This document shows positions 20,935-29,856 of a stretch of DNA of 64,000 nt, in pieces. The notes under the pieces were generated by a model, which was not told where the DNA came from, searched no databases, and saw only the letters and a program-made list of their open reading frames with translations. Numbering within the stretch: position 1 is the stretch's first letter; each line of letters begins with the position of its first letter. Position numbers and translations under genes: made by a program. This DNA is from Spirochaetia bacterium (lineage in GTDB: Bacteria > Spirochaetota > Spirochaetia > SZUA-6 > Bin103): the NCBI GenBank assembly GCA_965198005.1, contig CBDAOI010000003.1, positions 192,001 to 256,000 on the forward strand, read 5' to 3'.

Positions 20935-21954
20935 ATGGCCAGCACCAAGGCACCGCCAACCAAGCGCTACGAAGTATACGAAGTAGGGCAACCCCGGCAC
21001 GCCCAGCCGCCGGCATTCCCGGGCTGCAAGCCCGTCCGCCTGCCGCGCACCGAGATCGACCGCTTCGAGGGGCGCCTCGAGTATTGGGATTCGGCTACCG
21101 AGACCGCCTGGATCTGCGAGCCCACCACTCCCTATCACGAGCGCCCGTCGCGGCTGTTCACGAGATTGGCGGAGTTGATCGCCAGGGTGCGCGGTTCACC
21201 GATCGAATGCTACGGCTCGATGGACCTGCTGCTGCGCGACGCCGGCGGCGAGCCGCGGCGCATCATGCAGGCGGACGAGTCGGTGTACCTGCATCCGGCG
21301 CGGGCCAAGCCGGGGCCGGCGGCCATGGTGGTGGGCGAGGATGACTTTCCCGACGTGGTGCTGGAGGTGGATCACACTACGGACGCGCGGCGGGGCAAGC
21401 TGGCGCTGTACGAGGACTGGGGCTTTCCGGAAGTGTGGGTGGACGTGCCGGACACGCTGTCGCCGAGGCGGGCACGCGGGCGCCGCCCGGGACTGACGAT
21501 TCATCTGCTGGAGCATGGTCGGTTTCGGGTGGCGGCCGAGAGCCGGGCGTTTCCCGGCTGGCGGGCGGACGAGATTCACCTGGCGCTGAACGAGCCGGCG
21601 CCGTCCGCGCGCACCAGCGCGGTGGTGGAGCGGGTCGGGGCGGCGCTGGGCGCGCGCGCAGGCACCGGCCCGGACGACGACCCGCTGTTGCGCTCGCAAC
21701 GGCGCCAGGGGTTCGAGCGGGGCCGTGCTGAAGGTCGCGCGGAAGGTCGCGCGGCAGGCCACGCGGAAGCCCGTGCACAGATGGTCCGTCAGATCCTGCG
21801 GTCACGGGGCATTGAAGTGTCGGCAAGGTTCTCCACCGATACGGAAGCGGTCGCCGCGGCGTCCGAGGAGGCGCTGCTGGCGGCGGCGCTTGGCTGCGCG
21901 GATGAGGCGGAGTTCCTTGCCGCGCTCCGGCGATTGCGCGCCCCGGGCGGCTGA
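20935..21954 (+). CDS. Uma2 (DUF820) family PD-(D/E)XK endonuclease, copy 1
   Basis: RLEY, P..YHE, QAD, FPDVVLEVD, K..LY...GFPEVW; EGRA-repeat tail. Confidence 0.85.
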   Translation: MASTKAPPTKRYEVYEVGQPRHAQPPAFPGCKPVRLPRTEIDRFEGRLEYWDSATETAWICEPTTPYHERPSRLFTRLAELIARVRGSPIECYGSMDLLLRDAGGEPRRIMQADESVYLHPARAKPGPAAMVVGEDDFPDVVLEVDHTTDARRGKLALYEDWGFPEVWVDVPDTLSPRRARGRRPGLTIHLLEHGRFRVAAESRAFPGWRADEIHLALNEPAPSARTSAVVERVGAALGARAGTGPDDDPLLRSQRRQGFERGRAEGRAEGRAAGHAEARAQMVRQILRSRGIEVSARFSTDTEAVAAASEEALLAAALGCADEAEFLAALRRLRAPGG

Positions 21955-21990
21955 GCCGCTCGTCTGGTACACCGTCCCAGGCGCGCTCTC

Positions 21991-22923
21991 TCAAATCGCC
22001 CTGGCGGCATCGGCACCGAGACGTCCGCCACCACCCCGTAGCCTCGGGTCGAGCAGGTCCCGCACCGCGTCGCCGAACATGTTTAGAACGTAAACGGTAA
22101 TCGTCAGAGCAAGACCCGGCCAGAGTGCCAGCCATGGCGCCATCTCCATGTATTGACGCCCTTCCCGGCTGAGCATCCCTCCCCAGCTGGGAATCTGGGC
22201 AGGCAGACCGAATCCGAGAAAGCTCAGCGACGCCTCACTGATAATCACCCCCCCGACGTTGATGCTGAAGATGATGATGAGGGGCGCCATAATATTGGGC
22301 AGGACATGGCGCATCACGATTTGGCTGGTCGGGGTACCCACGGCCCGGGCTGCCAGAAAATAGTCATTCTCTTTAATGCCGATCACGGCGCCTCGGGCTA
22401 CTCTTGAGCTGCCGATGCCCCCTGCTATCCCCAGGACCAGTATTATCTGTAACAGACCTTGCCCCGCTATGGACATAATCGTTAACAAGACCAGCAGTCC
22501 TGGAAAAGCCATCCAGGCATCGACAAATCGCTGCACGACCAGGTCTGATTTACCACCAAGGAATCCCGAAACCCCGCCTATCAGCACAGCGACCACAACA
22601 TTCAGCGTGGTCGCGGCAAGACCAACAAGCAACGAAATACGAGCCCCGTAGAGAATGCGGCTCAAGAAGTCTTGCCCCAGCTGGTCGGTACCCAGCAGAT
22701 ATTGGCCTGATGAGCCCTGCAGCCTGTCTACCATGTGTATCTCATCATGTGGATACGGGGCCAAAACATCAGCGAAGATGGCCACCAGAATCAATATGAA
22801 TACAATAATCCCGGAGGCAGTACCCAGTGGCTTCTCCTTGACCAGCCTGATGAAGAAATCAGCCAGCCGGGAACTTCTCTTCCGCACAATTTCTGCTGAC
22901 GGTATCCCTATGGCGTCGCTCAT
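21991..22923 (-). CDS. Peptide/nickel ABC permease (DppC-like), cassette 1
   Basis: LLGTDQLG, GARISL, AARAVG, HVLPN, EASLSFLG, GDAVRDLLDPR. Confidence 0.93.
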   Translation of the reverse strand: MSDAIGIPSAEIVRKRSSRLADFFIRLVKEKPLGTASGIIVFILILVAIFADVLAPYPHDEIHMVDRLQGSSGQYLLGTDQLGQDFLSRILYGARISLLVGLAATTLNVVVAVLIGGVSGFLGGKSDLVVQRFVDAWMAFPGLLVLLTIMSIAGQGLLQIILVLGIAGGIGSSRVARGAVIGIKENDYFLAARAVGTPTSQIVMRHVLPNIMAPLIIIFSINVGGVIISEASLSFLGFGLPAQIPSWGGMLSREGRQYMEMAPWLALWPGLALTITVYVLNMFGDAVRDLLDPRLRGGGGRLGADAARAI

Positions 22924-22941
22924 ATCCCCGATTTCTCCCCT

Positions 22942-23901
22942 TTAGCTATAGCGGAGCCTGGGGTCTAAATAAGTATAGATCACGTCTATCATTAGATTGG
23001 CCCCCAGAACCATGGTGGCGAAAACCAGGTTTACTCCGGAGACCACCGGGTAGTCTCTGTCTTCGAGGGCAACCAGCAAGAGACGACCGATCCCTGGCAG
23101 GTTGAAGATGTTCTCCATGATCACGGCGCCCCCGACCAGGATCGGCAACTGCAGGCCGATCAGGGTCACCACCGGGATGAGGGCATTTTTGATGGTGTGT
23201 CGGATAATCACGACCCGCTCCTTGAGACCCTTGGACCAGGCCGTCCGGATATAGTCTTGCCTGAGCACCTCCAGCATCATGGTGCGCGTCATCCGCATGG
23301 TGGCGGCAGCCGAGGCCGTTCCCAGAATCAGGCTGGGGATGATGAGTATCCCAAGATTCCCCAGCGGGTCTTCGGTGAAAGGAATCAGCTCCATCGGGGG
23401 CGACCAGCCCCACCAGAGTGCCGGGTAGAGCATAACCATGGTTCCCAGCCAGAAGTTAGGCGTGGCCAGGCCGACGACGGCGACCGAGCGCCCCGCGTAG
23501 TCGGCGGCCGTGTCCTGGCGAATCGCCGAGTAGATGCCGACCGGCAAGGCTATGACCAGCCCGACGACGATTGCCATGAGACCGAGCTCAATGGTTACTG
23601 GCAATCTAGATACTATCTTCTCCTCTACCGACCAATCGCCCGACAGTGATTCGCCAAGGGTGCCGTGCCGGAGAATAGCCCCTATCCAGCGTCCATACTG
23701 CACGTAGACAGGCACGTCCAATCCAAGCATGCGCTCCATAGCTTCACGGTCAATCGTCCCGTGGCTGTAGTAGGCCATCCGACCCACCATCACGTCTATT
23801 ACATCGCCGGGGATGAAGCGTACTGAGAGAAAGACCAGGATGCTCAATATGAACAGGGTGGGGATCATCAGCAATAACCGCCTGATGATATAGGCTCTCA
23901 C
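22942..23901 (-). CDS. Peptide/nickel ABC permease (DppB-like), cassette 1
   Basis: YIIRRLL, IPGD, TPNFW, QDYIRTA..KGL, NALIP, DPR. Confidence 0.93.
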   Translation of the reverse strand: MRAYIIRRLLLMIPTLFILSILVFLSVRFIPGDVIDVMVGRMAYYSHGTIDREAMERMLGLDVPVYVQYGRWIGAILRHGTLGESLSGDWSVEEKIVSRLPVTIELGLMAIVVGLVIALPVGIYSAIRQDTAADYAGRSVAVVGLATPNFWLGTMVMLYPALWWGWSPPMELIPFTEDPLGNLGILIIPSLILGTASAAATMRMTRTMMLEVLRQDYIRTAWSKGLKERVVIIRHTIKNALIPVVTLIGLQLPILVGGAVIMENIFNLPGIGRLLLVALEDRDYPVVSGVNLVFATMVLGANLMIDVIYTYLDPRLRYS

Positions 23902-23966
23902 GTGACACACCTCATTGCGATTTCCCCTCTCATTGTGAGCCGCGACTTACTAGGGCGTGCTCAATG

Positions 23967-24004
23967 AAAACAAAGGAGCTGGGAAACTCGAACCTCCCAG
24001 CCCC
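23967..24004 (-). terminator. Terminator-like or mRNA-stabilising hairpin between SBP1 and dppB1
   Basis: Minus strand ggggctggga-N10-tcccagctcc followed by TTTGTTTT. Confidence 0.6.
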
Positions 24005-24065
24005 CTACCACCCTATCTATAGCTATAGCTATTGCTAGGGTCTGTCGAAAGTGGCAAAAAAACCC

Positions 24066-25871
24066 CTAGTAGCCCATCTCTTGCTTCAGATCCTGGTCAA
24101 TCCAGAGGCGGGCCGCGACTGCTTTGTGGTCCATGTTTCCCAGTTCGGTTTCACCGTTGAAACCTACGACCCACGGCTGGAGCACGTTCATAAGTGGAAC
24201 TCTAGAACCCCATATATACCAGTGCTTTTCTATAATGTACATGTCTACAAGTTTAGTCAGCCTCTGCCGCTCCTCAGTGGTGGTAGCGGCTTGGACATCT
24301 GCAACCATGGCGTCATAAACCGGGTCCCGGACGTGGGGGGGGTTGAAAGTAGCGTCCGACGTCATTTGCAGTATCTGCCCTATAGGGTTCCACTCGTACC
24401 CCGAAATAAAAGCGAACATATCATAATCACCTTCGTTCATCTTTGGTATAAAACCAGCCCACTCAGACCCCCTAACCTCTACATCGACGCCAACCTCAGC
24501 CCAGTAGGAGGCAGCTAAGTCGTTATAGGCCACATCCCAATGTGGTAAACCCACGTTCAGGACAATCTTTAATCTAATGCCGTCCGCGCCGCGCGGATAT
24601 CCAGCCTCATCAAGCAACGCTTCTGCCCCTTCCGGGTCATAGGTATAGTATCCCTTGACCTCTTCAGGCCAGTCTGCAAATGGAGTGACATACCCTTGCA
24701 TACCGACCCCTAAATACCCCTGAGGTGTCGTATCTGCATAACCCCTCCAGTAGGCAGCGTTAATTGAGTCAAGGTCCAGTGCCATCTGCATTGCGTGCGC
24801 TACCCGGGGGTCGTCAAAGGGCGGCCTTGATGAGTTAACAGGCCAAGACGTCAAAGATCGAAATGAAAACGGCTCCATCAGGATTTCGGGGTTGGTCTTC
24901 CTAAGGCTGTCTACCTGGTCCATGGACGAGAGATAAACGCCGCCAAAATAGGCCAGTAAATCAATCTTAGCCGAGCGTAGTGCCGCCAGACGTGTTGCTG
25001 CATCTGGTATAATCAGCGCCTTTAACGTGTCAACATAGGGCAGGCGATTCTCCGGGTACTTTGCGTCGAAGCCCCAGTAGTTAGGATTCTTGGTCCAGGT
25101 TACGGAGGTGCCCTCGGTCCAGTCAGTCAGCTCAAAGGGTCCAGTGCCGACCAGGTTCCTCCAATCCTTAACGTCGCCGTGTTCCTCGATTACCTCGGGG
25201 GGGTATGTAAAAGTCATAATGGTCGTCAAAATATTCCTTAGCCCGTCAGGATCTGCCTTCGTCAGCTTAAAGACGAGCGTCCATTCGTCGGTGGCCGTTA
25301 TCGATTCCCATGGCAGCTTAACCATCGGATTCGTAGCGTAATAGGCAGCAGGTTCGGTGTAGCCACTGCCCAGACCCAAATAACGGTGCAAGTTATATTC
25401 GATGTCCTTGGCAGTTAGCTCCCGACCGTTCATCGGCGCCTTATCATGCCAGTGTACGCCCTTGCGGATCTGGAAGACGATCGTGGTAGCGTCGGGCGTT
25501 TCCCAGCTTTCAGCCAGGTGCCCTCTAAAGACAGAGTCAGGAAAGTACGTTGTTCTATAGCTAAATACGTCCCTCTCGAATGCCCAGTCCGCGATGGTTA
25601 GCCTCTCTACGACGCCACTGATGAGTGATCCTGCGGTGTGATTGTAATAGACGTCAGCATTCTGCCAGTTTTCGCTCCCACTGGCATAGGTAAGTGTTCC
25701 GCCATACTGCGGCGCCACCACCACCTTGCCGGTGGAGGGGTCGGTCACATATTTCTTGTCGGCAGCGGCTGCCGTCGAGCCCTCGTCTGCGCCAGCGGCC
25801 CACAGGCCGGTTGCGGTCAGAATCAGGACCAACGCAAACGCGAAGGTCATTCTAATAATTGCTATATTCAT
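24066..25871 (-). CDS. Family-5 ABC substrate-binding protein, cassette 1 (lower GC)
   Basis: Signal peptide; LAESWE, RKGVHWH, GTGPF, NPNYW, YDPE.A..LL.EAGY. Confidence 0.93.
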   Translation of the reverse strand: MNIAIIRMTFAFALVLILTATGLWAAGADEGSTAAAADKKYVTDPSTGKVVVAPQYGGTLTYASGSENWQNADVYYNHTAGSLISGVVERLTIADWAFERDVFSYRTTYFPDSVFRGHLAESWETPDATTIVFQIRKGVHWHDKAPMNGRELTAKDIEYNLHRYLGLGSGYTEPAAYYATNPMVKLPWESITATDEWTLVFKLTKADPDGLRNILTTIMTFTYPPEVIEEHGDVKDWRNLVGTGPFELTDWTEGTSVTWTKNPNYWGFDAKYPENRLPYVDTLKALIIPDAATRLAALRSAKIDLLAYFGGVYLSSMDQVDSLRKTNPEILMEPFSFRSLTSWPVNSSRPPFDDPRVAHAMQMALDLDSINAAYWRGYADTTPQGYLGVGMQGYVTPFADWPEEVKGYYTYDPEGAEALLDEAGYPRGADGIRLKIVLNVGLPHWDVAYNDLAASYWAEVGVDVEVRGSEWAGFIPKMNEGDYDMFAFISGYEWNPIGQILQMTSDATFNPPHVRDPVYDAMVADVQAATTTEERQRLTKLVDMYIIEKHWYIWGSRVPLMNVLQPWVVGFNGETELGNMDHKAVAARLWIDQDLKQEMGY

Positions 25872-26396
25872 ACGTTTCTCCGTATGTAGATTTTTCGAGA
25901 GTATTGCGTAGCGGTTGCCGCTCCCTGGCTACTCTGACGCCCGCAACGCGGGCGCGCCCGCCAACGCGGACGGCCAGTCAGAGTCAAATACACTACAAGC
26001 GCGCGGCGTGTGACTCAGCGGGTTCACCCCGACTCACGCCGCGCGCGCGTGCGGTTCTTTGAGTATCATTCGAACCTCCTTCTTCTCTAGATCTACGTCG
26101 CGATCTGCGTTACAACGCCACGCGTGGCGGTGGTCTGAGCAGCAGTGAGTCTGAATAACCGCCAACGCAGGCGGTGGGTTTTGCGCGCAGTTGGTCGCAG
26201 GCGGGGATCCGGCACCGTTGCGGTCGACGGGAAGGGTGCGGGCGGTCTTGATGCCGGTTCGACGATGGACCGAGCCGGCGCCACGGATAGCTACGGCGGT
26301 CGTGAAGGCGCCCGCGTGCGCGGGGTCGCGTACGCGGCGATCAGCCCGAGCGGTTAGTTGTTTCTCGGTTTGAAAAGTGAGGCTGGCGAACAACGC

Positions 26397-26784
26397 GGGG
26401 GGGGGGGGGGGGGGGGGGGTAGATGAACGGAATGGGCCGATGCGGCACCCCGGGCGGCGGTGCTCGGGCGCCAGCAGCGGGGGCCGGTGGCAGGGCTGCA
26501 TTGCGTAGTCAGGCATCATCATCCGTATCCGTTCGAGTCCCCAACCCCGACATCATCGCACACCCGCGCCAAAGCGATCAAGCGCTCAATTGCACTTTTT
26601 TGCACTTTCTTCACTTTTTGTCCAGCGGCCCTGTCGCCGCTGGCGGCTGCACCACCAAGCCCGCCCGGTCACGCCAGAGTCCGCCACGGCACTGCCGGCA
26701 ACTGCCTCGGTCTCGATCGCGTCGCTTTCGAAGGGCCGGCCCGCCGGCCTTGCAGACCCGCGCGAGACGGCCTACGCTGCCGCC
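26397..26784. repeat. Conserved non-coding block (G-tract plus about 365 bp) upstream of Uma2 copy 2
   Basis: Recurs at 32050-32422; diverged at about 39827-40065; 3' part only at about 33615-33781, 41227-41291 and 20879-20934. Confidence 0.9.
26750..26778 (+). promoter_or_regulatory. Leaderless sigma70-type promoter, shared by all five Uma2 copies
   Basis: TTGC(A/G)G-17 nt-TACGCT-6 nt-ATG, with no Shine-Dalgarno. Confidence 0.65.
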
Positions 26785-27768
26785 ATGGCCAGCACCAAGG
26801 CACCGCCAACCAGGCGCTACGAAGTATACGAAGTAGGGCAACCCCGGCGCGCCCAGCCGCCGGCATTCCCGGGCTGCAAGCCCGTCCGCCTGCCGCGCAC
26901 CGAGATCGACCGCTTCGAGGGGCGTCTCGAGTATTGGGATGCGGCCACCGAGACCGCCTGGATCTGCGAGCCCACCACTCCCTATCACGAGCGCCCGTCG
27001 CGGCTGTTCACGAGATTGGCTGAGCTGATCGCCAGGGTGCGCGGTTCGCCGATCGAATGCTACGGCTCGATGGACCTGCTGCTGCGCGACGCCGGCGGCG
27101 AGCCGCGGCGCATCATGCAGGCGGACGAGTCGGTGTACCTGCATCCGGCGCGGGCCAAGCCGGGGCCGACGGCCATGGTGGTGGGCGAGGATGACTTTCC
27201 CGATGTGGTGCTGGAGGTGGATCACACCACCGACGCGCGGCGGAGCAAGCTGGCGCTGTACGAGGACTGGGGCTTTCCGGAAGTGTGGGTGGAGGTGCCG
27301 GACACGCTGTCGCCGAGGCGGGCACGCGGGCGGCGCCCGGGACTGACGATTCATCTGCTGGAGCATGGTCGGTTCCGGGTGGCGGCCGAAAGCCGGGCGT
27401 TTCCCGGCTGGCTGGCGGACGAGATTCATGAGGCGCTGAACGAGCCGGCGCCATCCGCGCGCACCAGCGCGGTGGTGGAGCGGGTCGGGGCGGCGCTGGG
27501 CGCGCGCGCAGGCACCGGCCCGGACGACGACCCGCTGCTCCGTTCGCAACGGCGCCAGGGATTCGAGCAGGGTCGTGCGGCAGGTCGGGCGCAGATGGTC
27601 CGCCAGATCCTGCGGTCACGCGGCATTGAAGTGTCGGCGAGGTTCTCCACCGCCACGGAGGCGTTCGCCGCGGCGTCCGAGGAGGCGCTGCTGGCGGCGG
27701 CGCTTGGCTGCGCGGATGAGGCGGGTTTCCTTGCCGCACTCCGGCGATTCCGCGACCCGGGCGGCTGA
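26785..27768 (+). CDS. Uma2 family endonuclease, copy 2
   Basis: Near-identical to copy 1. Confidence 0.85.
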   Translation: MASTKAPPTRRYEVYEVGQPRRAQPPAFPGCKPVRLPRTEIDRFEGRLEYWDAATETAWICEPTTPYHERPSRLFTRLAELIARVRGSPIECYGSMDLLLRDAGGEPRRIMQADESVYLHPARAKPGPTAMVVGEDDFPDVVLEVDHTTDARRSKLALYEDWGFPEVWVEVPDTLSPRRARGRRPGLTIHLLEHGRFRVAAESRAFPGWLADEIHEALNEPAPSARTSAVVERVGAALGARAGTGPDDDPLLRSQRRQGFEQGRAAGRAQMVRQILRSRGIEVSARFSTATEAFAAASEEALLAAALGCADEAGFLAALRRFRDPGG

Positions 27769-27839
27769 CCTCGCCCGCGCAGCCGGCGTGCCCGACGAGG
27801 CGGCATGCAGGTGGCGGACAGGCATGGCCGCCGGCCGTA

Positions 27840-28802
27840 TCAGGCTGACCGGGCGGCCTTTTGCAGGGCGCGGCGGGCGCCTTCGATGGCGCGGGCGCTC
27901 ATGCCGCCGCTGCCGAGGCCGGCGCCACCGCCGCCGCCCCGCAGCCGGGGATCGAGCAGGTCGCGCACCGCGTCGCCGAACATGTTGAGGCAGTACACCA
28001 CCACCGTGAGCGCCACCCCCGGCCACATCGCCAGACGCGGCGCCATCTCCATGAACTGGCGCCCCTCGCGGCTCAGCATGCCGCCCCAGCTCGGCACCGT
28101 GGTCGGCAGCCCGAACCCCAGGAAGCTCAAGGACGCTTCGGCGATGATGATGCCGCCGATCGTGATCGAAAACACGACGATCACCGGCGCGGTGATGTTC
28201 GGCCACACGTGGCGCTTGAGGATGTGCCAGGGAGCGCTGCCGATGGCACGCGCGGCCTCGAAGTAGGGGTTCTCCTTGATGCCGATCACGGCGCTGCGGA
28301 TCACCCGCGAGTTGCCGATGCCGGAAGTGACGCCGAGCACGACGATGATCTGCAGGATGCCCTGGCCGACGATGGTGATGATCGTCAGCAGCAGCAACAG
28401 GCCGGGGAAGGACATCCAGGCGTCGACGAAGCGCTGCACCAGAATGTCCAGCTTGCCGCCCGCGAAGCCGGCCACGCCGCCGACCAGCAGCGCCACCACG
28501 GTGCTCAGCAGGGTGGCGGCAAAGCCCACCCCGAGCGAGGTGCGGGCGCCGTACACCAGCCGGCTCAACACGTCGCGGCCGAGCTGGTCGGTGCCCAGCA
28601 GGTAGGTGGCCGACGGGTCGCCCAACCGGTCGACCAGGTGCATCTCGGCAAAGGGAAAGGGCGCCAGGACGTCGGCCAGGATGGCGATCACCGCCAGCAC
28701 CAGGACTACCACCGCGCTCGCCGCCCCCAGCGGCCGCTCCCCCACCAGCCGCCGCAGCAGGTCGAGCAGAAACGGCCGCGGTTTCGGCTGAGTCGGTCGC
28801 AT
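27840..28802 (-). CDS. DppC-like ABC permease, cassette 2
   Basis: LLGTDQLGRD, EAARAIG, EASLSFLG, DPR. Confidence 0.93.
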   Translation of the reverse strand: MRPTQPKPRPFLLDLLRRLVGERPLGAASAVVVLVLAVIAILADVLAPFPFAEMHLVDRLGDPSATYLLGTDQLGRDVLSRLVYGARTSLGVGFAATLLSTVVALLVGGVAGFAGGKLDILVQRFVDAWMSFPGLLLLLTIITIVGQGILQIIVVLGVTSGIGNSRVIRSAVIGIKENPYFEAARAIGSAPWHILKRHVWPNITAPVIVVFSITIGGIIIAEASLSFLGFGLPTTVPSWGGMLSREGRQFMEMAPRLAMWPGVALTVVVYCLNMFGDAVRDLLDPRLRGGGGGAGLGSGGMSARAIEGARRALQKAARSA

Positions 28803-28812
28803 GCGCCAGACT

Positions 28813-29778
28813 CTACCGGTACTGCACCCGCGGGTCCAGGTAGCCGTAGAGGATGTCGATCATCAGGTTGATCGTCATCACCGCGGTCGCGAAGAACAGG
28901 TTGATGCCCGACACCACCGGGTAGTCGCGCACGTTGAGCGCTTCCAGCATCAGTCGGCCCAGACCCGGCAGCGCGAACATGTTCTCCATGATCACCGAGC
29001 CGCCGATCAGGATCGGCAGCTGCAGGCCGACCAGCGTCACCACCGGGATCAGTGCGTTCTTGATCACGTGGCGGAGGATGATCACCCGCTCCCTGAGTCC
29101 CTTCGCCCAGGCGGTGCGGATGAAGTCCTGGCGGAGCACCTCCAGCATCATCGTCCGCGTCATGCGCATGACGGTTGCCGACAGGTAGGTGCCCAGAATG
29201 AGGCTGGGAATAAGCATGAAGCCGAGGTTGCGCAGCGGGTCGTCGGCGAACGCCACCATGCGCAGCGGCGGCGCCCACGCCCACCAGATGGCGGGAAAGG
29301 TCAGCACCAGGGTGGCGAGCCAGAAGTTGGGCGTGGCCAGGCCGATGATGGCGATGGAGCGCCCCGCGTAGTCGCCGGCCGTGTCCTGCCGCACCGCCGA
29401 GTAGATGCCCACCGGCACGGCGATGACCAGCCCGATGAGTATGGCGAGGACGCCCAGCTCGATGGTGATCGCCAGCCGGCCGATGATCTTCTCCTCGACG
29501 GTGGCGCCGCCGAACAGCGAGTCGCCCAGGGTGCCGCGCAGGACGATGCCGCCGAGCCAACGCACGTACTGCACCGGCGCCGGCACGTCGAGCCCGAGCA
29601 TGCGCTCGACTCGCTCGCGGTCGAAGTACGCCGCCCCCCCTTGGTCCTCCGCCACCCGGGCCATCATGGAGTCGACGACGTCGCCGGGCAGGAAGCGCAC
29701 CGAGAGAAACACCAGGAGCGTCAGCAGCAGGAACGTCGGGATCAGCAGCAGGACGCGGCGGATGATGTAGGTTCGCAT
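28813..29778 (-). CDS. DppB-like ABC permease, cassette 2
   Basis: MRTYIIRR, LPGD, QDFIRTA.AKGL, DPRV. Confidence 0.93.
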   Translation of the reverse strand: MRTYIIRRVLLLIPTFLLLTLLVFLSVRFLPGDVVDSMMARVAEDQGGAAYFDRERVERMLGLDVPAPVQYVRWLGGIVLRGTLGDSLFGGATVEEKIIGRLAITIELGVLAILIGLVIAVPVGIYSAVRQDTAGDYAGRSIAIIGLATPNFWLATLVLTFPAIWWAWAPPLRMVAFADDPLRNLGFMLIPSLILGTYLSATVMRMTRTMMLEVLRQDFIRTAWAKGLRERVIILRHVIKNALIPVVTLVGLQLPILIGGSVIMENMFALPGLGRLMLEALNVRDYPVVSGINLFFATAVMTINLMIDILYGYLDPRVQYR

Positions 29779-29856
29779 GGTAGGGCGTCTCGAAAGTGGG
29801 ACGGCGGCCTGTGCCGCCATCCCACTTCGTCATCTGCCAACAGTGAAGCTGCTACG

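Noticed and set aside
26034-26522. Repeated minus-strand ORF MPDYAMQPCHRPPLLAPEHRR
   Set aside because: It arises from the repeated non-coding block; the copies share no reading frame beyond the G-tract.
26530-26556. GTTCGAGTCCCC, resembling a tRNA T-loop or att site, in the conserved block
   Set aside because: No pairing T-stem, no cloverleaf and no CCA end; a degenerate tRNA scrap cannot be excluded but is unsupported.
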